Assembly: GCA_013265495.1 (NCBI GenBank)
Contig: MU062353.1
Location: 498,648-562,647, forward strand
Direction: 5' to 3'
DNA: 64,000 nt
From: Vicugna vicugna
Lineage: Eukaryota
Below the pieces are notes generated by a model, which was not told the DNA's origin, ran no database searches, and saw only the letters and a program-made list of their open reading frames with translations. The position numbers and the translations under genes were made by a program. Shown in pieces: positions 50,480-63,900 of this stretch. Position 1 is the first letter of the stretch, and the number at the start of each line of letters is the position of its first letter.

Positions 50480-52439
50480 AGAGAGTGTGTACATTATGTC
50501 TACTTGTCCTATCCGTTATTGGGTGAAGGGTGTTGAAATCTCTGACTGTAATTGTGGGTTGGTCTCTCTCACGTGATGCCGTGAGCTTTGGCTTTGTGTA
50601 TTTTAAGGCTCTGTTTTTAGGTGCATAAGCATTCAGTCTTGTTATGTCCTTTCTCACCCCCTCCCCCTTATCATTAGGAAATGACCTTCTTGTTATCCCT
50701 AGTAACATATTTTGTTCTAAAATTGCTATATCTGATATTAATTAAGCTTTCTTTTGATTAATGTACCATAGTGTATCATGTATCCATCCTTATGCTTTTG
50801 TTTCACTTTTTCATTTTTATATTTGAAGTACATTTCTTGTAGGTAGCATAAACTTGGGTCTTGCCCTTTCATTGAAAAGACCATTTAATGAAGTTATTGA
50901 TATGATTATGTCTGAATCGATCATCTTGCTGTTTATTTTCTGTTTGTCCCATCTGTTCTGTGTTCCCTTTGTTTTCTTTTTATTTCAGCCACCTCTTGGA
51001 TTAATTGAATACTTTTTATGATCCTATTTTTTGTCCTTTGTTGGTTCTTAGTGTTAACTCTTTATTATTTTGGTGAAGGAAACGTTTTTAACTTCTCACA
51101 ATGACATCACACCAGTACAAATGATGTTATACCATCTCCCTAATATTACAAGAATCTTACAATACAGTACTTTCATTTCCCCTTTCCTAACCTTTAGGCT
51201 CTTTTTGTCATACTTTTTTCCATACTACATTATTGTTATTTTTTAAATAATTATCTTTTAAAGAGTTTTAAATAATAAAAATATTTATTTGCCTATATAG
51301 CTACCATCTCTGGTGTTCTTCATTTTTGATGTAAATCCATCTGGAATCATTTTTCTTCTACCCAGAGGACTTCTTTAAAATTTTTTTAATGCATTCAGAT
51401 TAATAAAGAATTCCTTTTTCTTAGCTATGTCTGAAAATGTCCTTATTTCACCTTTGTTTTGAAAGACATTTTTACTGGGACAGAATTCTGGGATGAAATT
51501 TTTTTCTTCATCTACTTTAGTGATGATGCTCCATTGTCTTCTTATTTGCATTGTTTCCAACAAGAATACTGATATCATCCTTTTCTTTATGTCTCTGTAA
51601 ATAACGTGTCTTTTTTAAATCTGGCTGCTTTTAGGGCCTTTTCTGTATCCTTAGTTTTGACCAATTTGATGATGAGGTGCCCTGGTGTATTTCAGTCTGC
51701 CATTAAGCCCATCTGGCTGTTTTTTAGGTCATACATTATAGTTTTCCTATCTGGAAGTTCAATCTGGATTTTTGTTTGTTTGTTTCCTATCTTCCGTATC
51801 TTTACTTAATTTCTGAACCTTTGGAATTTTTTCACTGGCTGTCAGACAGAGTTGAGCGCTGGATATTGTTGTACATTATACCTGTAACTGTGCTTGAGCT
51901 TTGTGCTGTAATGCAGTTAAATTACGTGGAAACAGAGCAGTTACCAGCCTGTAGCTAGTTGTTCCCCAATACTGAAGGAAGATGCTTCTGAGTAATCTAC
52001 CGTGAGTGTTGAGTTACTCTGGATGTTTGAATGGTGGGAACAGGTACTATTCTTGACTCTGTACGAACACCAGATCCTGTTACCTCAAATCCTTTTGGAT
52101 AATTTTTTTCCTGTGGCCTCAGTTTTTTTCAGGAGCATGCATTGGTTATAAGCTACACTCTCATAGGGCATTATCTGAAAATCTCTGGGTTCTCTCTCCG
52201 AGCAACTCCTTTCTCTCCAGTACTCTTTCCTGTGACCACCAGCCACCTTCATCTTTCCATATTCTCACGCCTTATCTTCAGCTCTCTGGAATCTACCAGG
52301 CTCTCTCTGCCTGGGTTCCCACGCCTGGAGCCACAGCCTGGAGATTCAAGACAGTAAGCTTGGCCAATCATAGAGCTCACTGCATATGTCTCAGTGGTCT
52401 CTGTCCTTCGCCTGATGTCTAACATCTTGCAGAAATATA

Positions 52440-52500
<61 letters not shown>

Positions 52501-52600
52501 TTCTATATATGTTGTCCACTTTTTGGTTCTTGCTGGCAGCAAAGTAAATCTGATTCCCACTGTTCGACATTGGCTAATAGTGGCATCTGTGTGTACATGA
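50480..52600 (-). mobile_element. Old L1M fragment with ORF1 and ORF2 endonuclease remnants
   Basis: Minus-strand peptides DITRLNAYAPKNRALKYTKPKL..TITVRDFNTL (endonuclease-like, 50478-50708) and ETMQIRRQWS..KNKGEIRTFSD-like (ORF1p C-terminus-like, 51375-51578). Confidence 0.8.
52440..52497. repeat. (TG)7(TA)22 microsatellite
   Basis: Read directly; uninterrupted TA tract at 52454-52497. Confidence 0.95.
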
Positions 52601-54360
52601 TATAACTAAATCAAAAAGTCACCCACATGCACTGACTCTCCTCATCACTCTGATTTTTCTTTCTATACTAAGGTTCAGTGAATAAAGCTCTGAGGAACCA
52701 TAAAAAAGCTTCTGGTACTCTTCCAGACAGCGGAATAGTGCTGGGCCTGTTCTTCTCATGACATCACTGCAATTGAGTGGCTGGTCCAGGGTGACACCAC
52801 TCGTAATGGGCAGGGTGGAGCCGTGAGTCACAGTTGACCACTGCAGTGCCGTCTTACCAGACCAGGCTTCCTCGCTGAACAAAAAGCTTTTGAAAAAGAA
52901 TGTTCATATTAGCATTTTGATTTTCTATTCAGAAAAAAATCTCTGTCCCAGCACTGCTCGGTAAAATTCTGTTTATGTCTCTTTGGAGAATGAGTTCCCT
53001 GCTTACTCTCTTTTTCTAGAGGATGTGATTTGGGGGGCGGGGCCGTCAGCATCATTTGCCCAGAACGTGGCAGGGTGGTGGGCGTTGAGAATCTTAACAG
53101 CTGTCATTTAGTGAAGTGTTCGGCTGAAAGTCCAATCTCTGAAGTAAGATCTTTGCCAAACTGGTCATTGATGGAGCTAAAAATAAGACGAGGACTAAAT
53201 GGAGTCTTTAACAAATGCACATTCCGGATCTTTCAGTTCAGTCCCATCAGCCATCACGGGAAAGACAGTGACAAGAAGAATGTCTGCCAAAGCTTCACGT
53301 GTCACCAAGGGGTAATTTCAGATCAGTCACAATCGTGCTTGCCCTGAGTCTGTTGATCACTCCATGTAGAGTTAGATAGTATGTTTATTTGAAATAAAAA
53401 TTAAAAACTGGATTAAGAAGAATGATTTTACTGTCAAAAAAATCAGATTATTGTTGATTTATCCAAGGATTCCTGTTGAATTCTTACCTAGAAATGAATA
53501 AAACTCTCTCATGTAATAAAAACTGGGGCCAGGTAGTCACAGACCTGCAATCTTGGCATGATCTGCCATTTTTGTTGAGTTACTGTCTTTGAGTGTTTTG
53601 TTTGAGTTTTAACATATAGCTTGACATGGCCCGTAGCTCTCCACTTTGAAAAATGGGCGAAAATTCTAAATCCCTTCTCAAGGGCTTTTATATATTGCTA
53701 TTGAAAGACATAAATCTAGAGCTTGCCTGTAACTGTCTGAGGAAGGTCATGTCATACACTGGAGCCATAAATAAATATTTCTGAAATCTCCCTCATTCTT
53801 AACCCAGGGCCTGGAAAATATGAAATATTTAGTAAATGTTAGTTGAATATAAGAAATTGAATTAGTCAAGTGTTTTTTTCCACAGATTCTAGCTGATATC
53901 ACCTTCAGAATAATTACCCCCTTAACCCTGACCACGTTCTACCAAAGAGTCCCAAACTTCGCCAACAGGAATCTGAAATAATGTGGATTGTTTTCACAAA
54001 GTTTTGAAGCTTAGGTTTAATCCATACAGTCACTTTTTTTTCAACCTGAGCATAAAAGTATGATGTGATGATATTTTTGTGCAGCTAGAATTCCTTGCTC
54101 TACCATGAATTTCCTTTGTGAGTGTCCATGTCTGTATGTGCTCTTGGTTCCAGGTTTCCTTTTTGATTAATTACTTGCCTACTGACTGGTGTACTGAATG
54201 GCCAGCCTGGAAGTGCAGTGTTTGAATCATATTTAGAATTTATGTGTGTATGTATCTATACATAAATATATTTCAAATATTGCTATAGCTAAAACTGTGC
54301 ATGTCTGCCTTGCCACCCTTCCCAGGAATAAAAAAAACTATAAGGCAGTTAAGTGTATCT

Positions 54361-55196
54361 CTTTTCTTTTTAACTGAAGTATAGTCAGTTTTCAATGTTG
54401 TATCAGTTTCTGGTGTACAGCATAATGTTTCAGTCATACATATACATACACATACTTGTTTTCATATTCTTTTTCATTATAGGTTTCTACAAGATAAATT
54501 TGAATATAGTTCTCTGTGCTATACAGAAGAAACTTGTTGTTTATGTATTTTATATATAGTAGTTAGTATTTGCAAATCTTGAACCCCAATTTATCCCTTC
54601 CCACCCCCTTTCCCCCCAGTAACCATAAGTTTGTTTTCTGTCTGTGAGTCTGTTTCTGTTTTGTTCATTTGAGTCCTTTTTTTTTTTTTTTTAAATTCCA
54701 CATATGAGTGGTATCATATGGTATTTTTTCTTTCTCTTTCTGGCTTACTTCAGTTAAAATAATGATCTCTAGGTTCATCCATGTTGCTACAAATGGCATT
54801 ATTTTACTCTTTTATGGCTGAGTAGTATTCCATTGTATAAATATACCATGACTTCTTTATACAGTCATCTGTCAGTGGACATTTAGGTTGCTTCCATGTC
54901 TTGGCTGTTGTAAACAGTGCTGCTGTGAACACTGTGGTGCATGTATCTTTTTGAGTTANNNNNNNNNNNNNNNNNNNNNNNNNNNNNNNNNNNNNNNNNN
55001 NNNNNNNNNNNNNNNNNNNNNNNNNNNNNNNNNNNNNNNNNNNNNNNNNNNNNNNNNNNNNNNNNNNNNNNNNNNNNNNNNNNNNNNNNNNNNNNNNNNN
55101 NNNNNNNNNNNNNNNNNNNNNNNNNNNATCATTTGTGGACTTTTTAATGATGGTCATTATGTCTGGTGTCAGGTAATACCTCATTGCAGTTTTGAT
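54361..55196 (-). mobile_element. Young L1, 5'-truncated (ORF2 C-terminus plus 3'UTR)
   Basis: MRYYLTPDIMTIIKKSTND..KDTCTTVFTAALFTTAKTWKQPKCPLTDDCIKKSWYIYTMEYYSAIK matches the L1 ORF2p C-terminus. Flanks taaggcagtt(aagt)gtatct at 54341-54360 and taaggcagttgtatct at 55197-55212. Confidence 0.92.
54959..55127. other. Assembly gap (169 N) inside an L1 fragment
   Basis: Run of N with L1 ORF2-like sequence on both sides. Confidence 0.97.
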
Positions 55197-56164
55197 TAAG
55201 GCAGTTGTATCTTTGCCCTCAGGACAAACTCTTAATCTGTAATCTATAGAGAGATAGTGACTCTTCTGAGGACAAGCTCTTGAATTTTTTCACTTTTCTA
55301 AAAGTTTCCTTGAAAAAAATCAAGGAATTGTACTTTTTTCCCCCCAGAAAAGATAAATTCCTCCCCAGAGTTGCAGCACACATGGTTAAAGTTCCCTCAC
55401 TGTTGGAGGCCTTTAAACTACCAAATACAAGTATTGCTTTTAAACTAAATTATTATCATCAAGCACAGAACTCTGGCTTCCTGCTTTCACAGAGCTCAGA
55501 TTCAAGCTTCATGAAATAATGAGTTAAATCATATCTGAGCCTTCCTTCTTGTAACTGGCAGGGTCTACGTCATAGATGGAGAAATGATGATGATGTCATG
55601 ATGATGCTATTGCCCGACTGTTCAGTGTCCTCTGTGATCTTAAGAGAAATTAGACCTAAGTGGGATCCTGTACAGAGAAACTGAAGGCTGCAGAGGAATT
55701 TCTGTTTAAACTTTCCATTGTAGGCTTAGGTCTGGAAAAACTTAGGAGCCAATTAGTAAGAACTGAAATGTTTTAAAGATGAGGGATGAAAAACCAAAGC
55801 TTTCTTTGCAATTCTAAGATTTTTGGTGTTTTTTTTAACAGATACTCTTCCATTAGACATCATCCTAATTATCATCCTGATTTCAACAACTTTTCAGTAT
55901 TTTCTGTGCAGAAGTCAGAATTTAGAAACATGTTCATGTCTGTCTGTCTGTCTGTGTGTCTGTGTCCCAGGAGTGTTGTCTTGTGTTTTTTTCTAGTGTC
56001 TCAGGAGACATCTTATCCAGACTGAATGTAGATACTGATTACTGAACTGCAGCCATCTTATCAATACCAAAATTAATTTCGTGCTTATATCTGATGCTTC
56101 ACACAGACTTTCAACATTTAATTGAGCCAAAAAAAAAAAGGCAGTTTCTTTAGCACCCGCACCC

Positions 56165-56895
56165 TTTCCTTTCTCATTTCTTTTCTTTTTCTTTTTTTTT
56201 TAGTTGACTTTAATATTAGTTTCCGGTCTAAAACATAGTGATTCAATAATTTTATAGATTGCATACCATACAAAGTTATTATAATACTATTGACGACATT
56301 CCCCATGTTGTACATTACATCCCTGTGACTTGTTTGTTTTATAACTGGAAATTTCTGCCTTTTAATCCCCTCACAGATTTCCCTTCCTTCCCTCCCCTTC
56401 CCTTCCTCTGCTAGTGACCATTTGTTTGTTCTCTGTATCTGTGAGTCTGTCTCTTTTTTGTTATATTTGTTCATTTGTTTTGTTTTTTGGATTCCCCAAG
56501 TAAGTGAAAATATACAATGTTTGTCTTTGTCTGATTTATCTCACTAATCATAATACCCGCCGGGTCCATCCATGTTGTCACAAATGACAAAATTACGTTC
56601 TTTTTATGGCTAATATTCCAGCGTGTGTGTGTGTGTGTGTGTGTGTACCACATCTTCTCTATCCAATTATCTGCACTTGACACTTTGGTTGCTTCCATAT
56701 CTTGACTATTATAAATAATGCTTTGAACATTGGAATGCATGTATCTTTCTGGGTTAGCATCTTTGTTTTCTTCAGATAAATACCCAGGAGTGGAATTCCT
56801 GGTTGTATGCTAGTTGTATTTTTAATTTTTTAAGGAACCTCCATGCTGTTTCCCATAGTGGCTGCACCCATTTACATTCCCATGAACAGTGTATT
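56165..56895 (-). mobile_element. L1MA-like fragment (ORF2 end plus 3'UTR) with internal (GT)12
   Basis: Peptide DNWIEKMWY..ILSFVTTWMDPAGIMISEINQ; T-rich tail at the left end. Confidence 0.82.
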
Positions 56896-58418
56896 AGATA
56901 CATTCAGCAGAATGTTAAATTTTCTTGATATTCCTGAAAATGTCTTCATTTAATTCATTAGTAGAATCATTTGTGAGACTTGCCATTAAGGAGTATGATT
57001 TTATCCCTAACTTGAGATTTTGCTCAATGCTATTTGGTGAACTTTAACAGCGGGCAATACATTTTCAATTAGAAGCAGTAATCATTGGAGAAAAATAAAA
57101 GACAGCAATTAATTGGTGTGTTGTGGTAGGCAAACCAGTGACAGCATGAGGAGGTGCCAACTAAATCAGTCTGTAGCCAACCTGAATATTACCGTTAACT
57201 ATAAGTTTTCTAAAGTAAAAGAAATTGAGATCCTAACCCTGTTTTTGTTTTTATATGGTAATTGCTAACTGCCCTTCTCCCTGCAACCCTTAATTTTCTG
57301 CTAATCACTTTTGGTTGCAAGAAATAAGAAGCATTTGTAGAACATATTTAGATAGCATATATCTCCAAGGTAAATATGCTACAACTCCACCTCAATATAA
57401 TGGATAGTAAATAAAATAAAAATTATTTGCTGACATCTTAATATGTGATGGTACTGAGAGAGAGAAATACTAAGATGTTTAAGACAGTCTACTGTCAAGT
57501 TTTGAATATAATCAAAATTTTGTCAAGCCGTTTTGGAACGTACTTAAAAGACTGCCAGGTTGAAAATCCTCTTTGAGAAATACAAATAATTATCCTATAC
57601 CTTATGTTTTTAGTACTCATTCATTCATCATTCATTTAGTTTTAGTTGAGCTTTGTAAAAATTGGTGAGCACGAGAGGACTCACTAATCTGAGAGCTTTT
57701 AAGGACAGATAGTATCAAACAGTGGGCGGAAAGACAAACGGGAGAATCAGCATTTGTTGAACAAACTAAGCTGTGTGGTTTGCTTGCTATTTCAGAAAAG
57801 GCTCTCAGTATTACCCCTTACCTTGCTTTGAATCTTTACCAAGCTGGATAGACAGATCTCACTAAAGATCAGTGGGGTGTAAGAAACCAGGGACATTTAG
57901 CATTTTCTGTTTTTTATTGAATTAAGTGAAAAGAAAAGTAAGAAGTATATAGGAAAGGCATCAGCTTGAAAGCTGCCCTGTGCCTCTGAGACCATATGCG
58001 TCACCCAGATTCCCTCCACGCCGGAGCCCCACTTAGGCACTGTCTTCAAAGTCTAAATAGCCCTTCACCCGATGCTGTCAGACCTACAGCCCTGGCATGT
58101 CATATTTCATTCTAGTGAAAGTTGCATATACATATTTTATGTCAATGTCTATTTTCATTCATTCTTGAAAATGAGAACCCATTATGAAGACATAAATATT
58201 TAGTTTTTTAGACAAATGCATAGCACTTTATTTGATGATCCAGTGGTTACTTAACTGTCTGGCCTTACAAAATCTGTCCTACAGAACAGGCAGCAACAGG
58301 GGTCTTCTCATGTATGCGTGAGCAAAGTCACACATGGGCTTCAAGGAATTCACTCATTTTATGAAGTTCATCCATGGATCAGTTTAAAGATCCTGGGTTA
58401 TAGTTGGATTTTTGTAAG

Positions 58419-59505
58419 TGTAGGGGAGCAAAATTTGCTACCCCAAAAATGTCTCCTTGGCGTAAATATTAATTTAGGCTGATTATTTTTAAGGCCCAAA
58501 AGACTCAGGAAGAACTGTTAACCCAAAAGGTAAAGACCCCAGTTCTTATCATACCCAAAAGGTAAGTTTACAGTCGGGAGATGGTGCCAACATTGTGTAG
58601 CTGAAGATTTTGAAAGATTTATTTAGAAAAGGAAAAGTACACTTCCAGGAACGGGAGGCTGGCTGATCCAAGGGGGAAAAGCGGTGTTTTTTCCTCCCCT
58701 TTCTCTTACACCGTCACTGAGAGGTGGTCTTTTGATTGACAGCTCTTGTCCCTGGAGTGTTTAGTCATGTTTGGCCCCTTTTGCGCATGTCCTTACCCAT
58801 GATGTACACAGAAAAACTCCATGGGGGCCTAAACCACAGTGTTAATTATAATACAATGAGCACTGGGTTGTGGCCGGTTAAGTCCTTTCTGCTACTGCGC
58901 AGTCGTGCCTGTCGGGTTCTAACCAGTTTCTTGCTGGCCCTCATTGAGAAGTAAAGCGCCTTTATGCTGGAGGCCGGCATAATGCCGTATTCCAGACCAT
59001 CCTCCCTCTCCTCCACCTATCTGCCCGGTGCCCCCACTTATCTAACTACCTAACTGACAGAACCTTTGGCCTTCCCCATAACTGCCTAAAAGAACATAGA
59101 GGACCTGTACCAGGAAGGGAGCTGTCACCATAGTAACTACAGTATGAACTAGGCATGTAGACAAGGAGGAATCTAGCAAAGTCTGTTAAAATTCCTCTCT
59201 GTGTCCCATTGTGTCCGTGTGGCCGAGCAAGCATTTGCTTTTCTCTTTCCATGTCAACTGCCTTCCTCCCCTTTGAAGTCTCAAACTGCTACCCCTTAAC
59301 ATCCTCTTTTGTCTTTAGCTGAAGATGGTATCTAAGTTGAGAGTTTCAGCCATTTTGGTGAGTTATTCAGTTTTTCTGGGTCTCTCCCATGCATACATAT
59401 GATTCAACTTTGATTTTCTTCTGTTAATCTGTCTCATGTCAATTTAATCCTTAGACAAGTCAGAGGAACCCTGAAGGGTAGAAGAAAATTTATTCCTTCC
59501 CGGCA
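58419..59505 (+). mobile_element. MER34-like ERV1 solo LTR, interrupted by a younger LTR
   Basis: Starts tgtaggggagc; ends ctgttaatctgtctcatgtcaatttaat..gaaccctgaagggtagaagaaaatttattccttcccggca. Flanks taag/caag. Confidence 0.72.
58516..59059 (-). mobile_element. Younger 544-bp ERV1-type solo LTR nested in the MER34-like LTR
   Basis: Minus strand begins TGTCAGTTAGG and ends GGGTTAACA. Perfect 4-bp TSD gaac (58512-58515, 59060-59063); minus-strand AATAAA at 58618-58623; about 13 CpG retained. Confidence 0.85.
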
Positions 59506-60092
59506 CAAGCTATATCCTGAGTTTTCTTCTATTAATGTTTCTAGTAGGTCAAGGCACTGTCATTAGGTAGAGTGTGAGAAGTGGGTGAAATTAAAAGAAA
59601 TATACATGTGCCTATCTTTGAAAATGATGTAGCCACTTAGGGAATTCATGAAGCAAAAATGCCAAAACATAAGTATGAATATACAAAAGTGAAGCATATT
59701 GTTGTAACTCTCTCTTAAGTCAAGAGTATGTCACCGTTGGCATTTGTCAGATGATCAGACCATTTGACAAATCTTTCCAATAGTCTGTGGTATTTTAAAA
59801 CATCTTTTGTTTACCATTTCTTCCTCATCCCTGTGGGCTTTGCCTTCTGGGTTGCGTTAATAATCCAGTTCATCGTTAAGGACTTCAGTATGTTTCACTG
59901 CTTGACTAAACTAGCATTGAAGACATACAAGTGCCAACAATTTCTGGCCCCTCTTTGCTCTCTGGTCAGCAGATCCAAGCTTTGTGTCTAACAGATGGTA
60001 AAGCTGGTCCAGAAGCATACATCCTGGGGTTTGGGCCAGGTCCAGAGTTCTGTAGGCTGTCTTCACTGATGGATAGCTGTGGTCTTTGTAAC

Positions 60093-60903
60093 TGAAGGAA
60101 GAACTTCTGAGTACTCCGACACCAAATGTATGTGGGGTGTTCCCTCACATGAGACAAATCTGACACTAACTACCTAGAGTTAGCATAGACCCCCCACCAC
60201 CACTAGTTAAAGGTTCAGTCCCACAAGACTGCCCCCTACTTTAGAAGCCAGTCAAAAATTATATTTTCTGATGAAACAGCTATAAAATTAGGACTTCCCA
60301 TGACCCCCTCTTCAGCTTTGATAATTTACTAGAACAACTCACAGGGCAAAGGCTTTACTTACTGTTTATTGTAAAGGATAAAACTGGAGAACAGCCAGAT
60401 GGAAGCCAGATTGGGGTTTTTTTTTATAGAGGTTCCATTAGGTAGCCATGAATGATTAGATCATTGGCCATTGGTGATTAAATTCAGTCTCCAGCCCCTC
60501 TCCCCTCCCTGGAGGTCAGATAATGGGGCTGAAAGTTCTAAGCCTCTAATCCCAAAGTTGGTTCCTGTAGCAATCAGTTCCCATCCTCCAAAGTCACCTC
60601 CTCAGCATACAAAAAGGATGTTTTCCTTTTTTTTAATTGAAGTATAGTCAGTTACAATATGTCAATTTCTGGTGTACAGCACAATGTCCCAGTCGTGCAT
60701 ATACATACATGTATTTGTATTCATATTCTAAAAAAGATATTCTTATCACTCCAAGGGTGCAATAAGCTCTTGTGTCTGGAACCAAAGACTAAGACCATAT
60801 ATTACAACAACAGATGCTTCTGCCACCGAATTTTACAAGTTTTAGGAGCTCTGTATCAGGATCTCGGGGCAGAGACAAAACGTGTATCTCTTATTATATC
60901 ACA
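60093..60903 (-). mobile_element. MER21-like solo LTR
   Basis: ctgacactaactacctagagttagcatagacccc..ttttaggagctctgtatcagga..tctcttattatatcaca; tg..ca ends; flanks gtaac/gtaat. Confidence 0.8.
60626..60729 (-). mobile_element. Short young L1 3' end nested in the MER21-like LTR
   Basis: ttttttttaattgaagtatagtcagttacaat..catattct; degenerate TSD aaaaaggatgttttc/aaaaaagatattctt. Confidence 0.8.
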
Positions 60904-63900
60904 GTAATCAAAATAAATTGTTTCTGGGAACTGGCAAAATATCTCAGAAAAAAAACTGTGAAACCTACCAGATTTAACAAAAAGTCCAGAGGCCCCTCAT
61001 TTGTGAATGAAAGGATTAAAACCATTAAGGATTTTCCTCTATTTTATACCAGTGTGAAAACACCTGTCTGTAATTTGCAGGTTTGCCATCTTGTAACTTG
61101 GAACGAGTGATTTAATTAGAAGGATTCTTTCTCGTCCACTTGCAAATTGGGGGTTAATTGTTCTACTCTTTTACAATTAACATTGTTCTAGCTTTTTGTT
61201 AGCCATAATTAGAAAAACAAACGGACTAATTGAAGTTTGAGATGAGATTGTGAAATAGGAAGACATCTTTCTCCCAAAAAAGAGAGAGATTGTCAGGATA
61301 GACTGTGTGGAGGCTTTGGTGCCATGTCCCTGTTAGGAGGTCATCTACTTCCTTGTGGAGGACGGAAGGGATGGGAGATGGCTTTGTCTGGGTGCCACTA
61401 TGTACGGCACAGAGTCAGAGCCATACAGGAATCTGGATATGCTGAGAAGGGCTGCATCTAATGCGTCCATATCCCCAAACCCTGGGAAACACTGAAAAGG
61501 AGCCGGCATGGAAATCTCCCCCCATTTCCTCTGTTGCTTCTTCAAGACTTCTGTGTTCAACTTGGCATAGGATTATTTATCATTTGCCTTCTTACACTCA
61601 TATTGAACTACAAAAATCATTGATGTGCTTTTCCGAAGAAAGGCATATGCGTGAATTTTGCAGTGGACTTTAAAAATGTAGCTCAACTCCTAGCCTTAAA
61701 GACCAGCACAAAGGTGATCCAGAGGTTCCATGGAAGCTTCCCCAGATGTTGGAGGTTTGGTTTGTGTGTTTGTTGCAAATTTTTCTTGCAAAGATGAGTG
61801 TGCATGTGAAATGCTGAGGGAGGTCCACTATGGAAAAATCAACTCAACCGAGACCATCTCAAGCAGAAAGAGGTTTCACTCTCTTTAAATTTTTTTTTTA
61901 ATCTGCAGACAGAGATTTTTGTACAATTGATGTGCTCTAGATTTCTCAAAATCCAAGGTGGAGAACTGTGAAAATAAGGACCCTGAACCTCCTTGTGAAA
62001 ACAAGAGAATTGCTTTTTCTTGGTGGGTGATTAACTTCCCCAGCCACAGGGTTGGAAACCACTCTGCAATTTACTGCTCCAGGAAAAGGTTTTCTGAATA
62101 AATCCCTTGTGACCTGGAAAGGTTAGGGTGCTCCCCCTAAAGTGACTCATTTACTTCTTTCTTCTTGGCAGGATTATGCCATAGGGCTTTTAAAGGCTCT
62201 TGACAGATCATTCCATCTCATTAGGAGATGGTTTCAGGCACAGGTGTCTGTTACAAGATGCTAGGTTTCTATGTCAAGCATAAAGCTATGGATGGGGACA
62301 CACTGGGGCTGAACACTCATGTTTTAATATACCTCCTGCATGACCTGTGGAGTGGAAAGCTACCCATTCAGACATGATTGGCATCCAGTCAGTTACATGG
62401 GTGTGGTCGATCCAAAGACACCAAATTTATGAAATTGCATAAAAGAGCCAAGTGAAAAGGACGGTGCAGCTGAGAAGTGGGCACATGAATTTTATTTTTT
62501 TTGATTACCTTTTATAGAGTAAGGCCAGGAAATTTCCTTCAAAATTACCTTCATCATTCTGACATCAAAACCCAAGTCACAGGAAGACAAGTCATGAATG
62601 AATGAACCTTGTCATTGCTAGTCTGAGCCTGCAGTAGAGTCTATTAAATGTTTTCTGGGAAGAGCTCTCTTTTAAAATAGCTTCCTGAAGGACCCCAGCA
62701 CACTGGGTGGGTAGGTCAGTGGGTACCACGAAGACTGGGAATGCCTCTCTTCTTGCTTGAGAGATGCTTGTTTTCAGCTCAGATACCGTGAATGTTATAT
62801 TTTGCTCCTGGAACTCCTCGTGCAGTTACATTTAACTCTAGGTTATTCTTTAATTTAATTAACACTTTTGAGCAACCAAATTGTGCCAGGAGCTGTGCCA
62901 AGAGCTAGAGAGCTGTTATGCTCTTGTTCCAAGAAAGGGAAATGGTTAATGTTCCAAAATGTAAATCTATTTTCAGGTTAAGTGTAATCCATTTTAGTAG
63001 GTCTGCTCTTAATCCCTTAAGAAACGTCTCTTTGAAATGACTTGTTTTAAATGCAGTGTGATTGTGAAGTGAATTTAATACAAATTGAAAAGTGCCACAT
63101 CTGATGCAAATAGATACTTTGTAATTATGGGCTAAACACTCTTTCAGAGACAGTCACGACAATAAAAAAGGATTGGCTATAATTAGTCCCCTTGGGGCAG
63201 ACCTTTTCCTTTTATTATCTCTGTTCTTTGCTATAAATTTTAATAATAAGATTAGCCATTCAATGACAATATAACCAGACTGCAGTCTGAATACATAGAA
63301 TATCTATGTCGTGAAATTGGGGGAATTTGGCAGAACAAAAATGTTATTACTAGTTACAGAAGACGTAAAGACTTGAGAATGATTGAAATTACATGCATAG
63401 AGGTTAAAAACACGCTTCTTAAAATCTCTGCTCACTGTCAATGTCCTTAAGAGCCGCTGAATTCTTAAGCTTGTTTTTCTAATCAAATGAATAATCCTGT
63501 CTTAAATGTAGGGATTGTAACAATAGAAATAGCAGTTACTTTAAGAGAATATATTTCTATGGAGATACCAGGTATTTTTTTCAATCATTTCTGTATGAAT
63601 GTTTCTGTGTTTTTAATTAAAATTTCAAGAAATTCATCTTTCTCCTCGCATAATGAAATAAAATTCCCTTAACAGTTGAGGTTCCTTGTTATTCTGCAAT
63701 CCAGGAGACAGCTCTAGGAGTAACTAGTTTTAAGCCTTGGAAATTCTGTGCTCTGGCTAAAAATGATAAAGGCAATTATTTCTGTATTCAAATGAAATAT
63801 GTATGAATCATATACCAAAGGCAGAACTCCTTTTTTTTTTTAATTAAAGCAAATGAAAATATAAAAGTACAGAGGAATGTTATCTATTTTTCTTTCTTAA

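Noticed and set aside
54804-55184. ORF2-like coding sequence
   Set aside because: 5'-truncated L1 remnant spanning an N gap; not a host gene.
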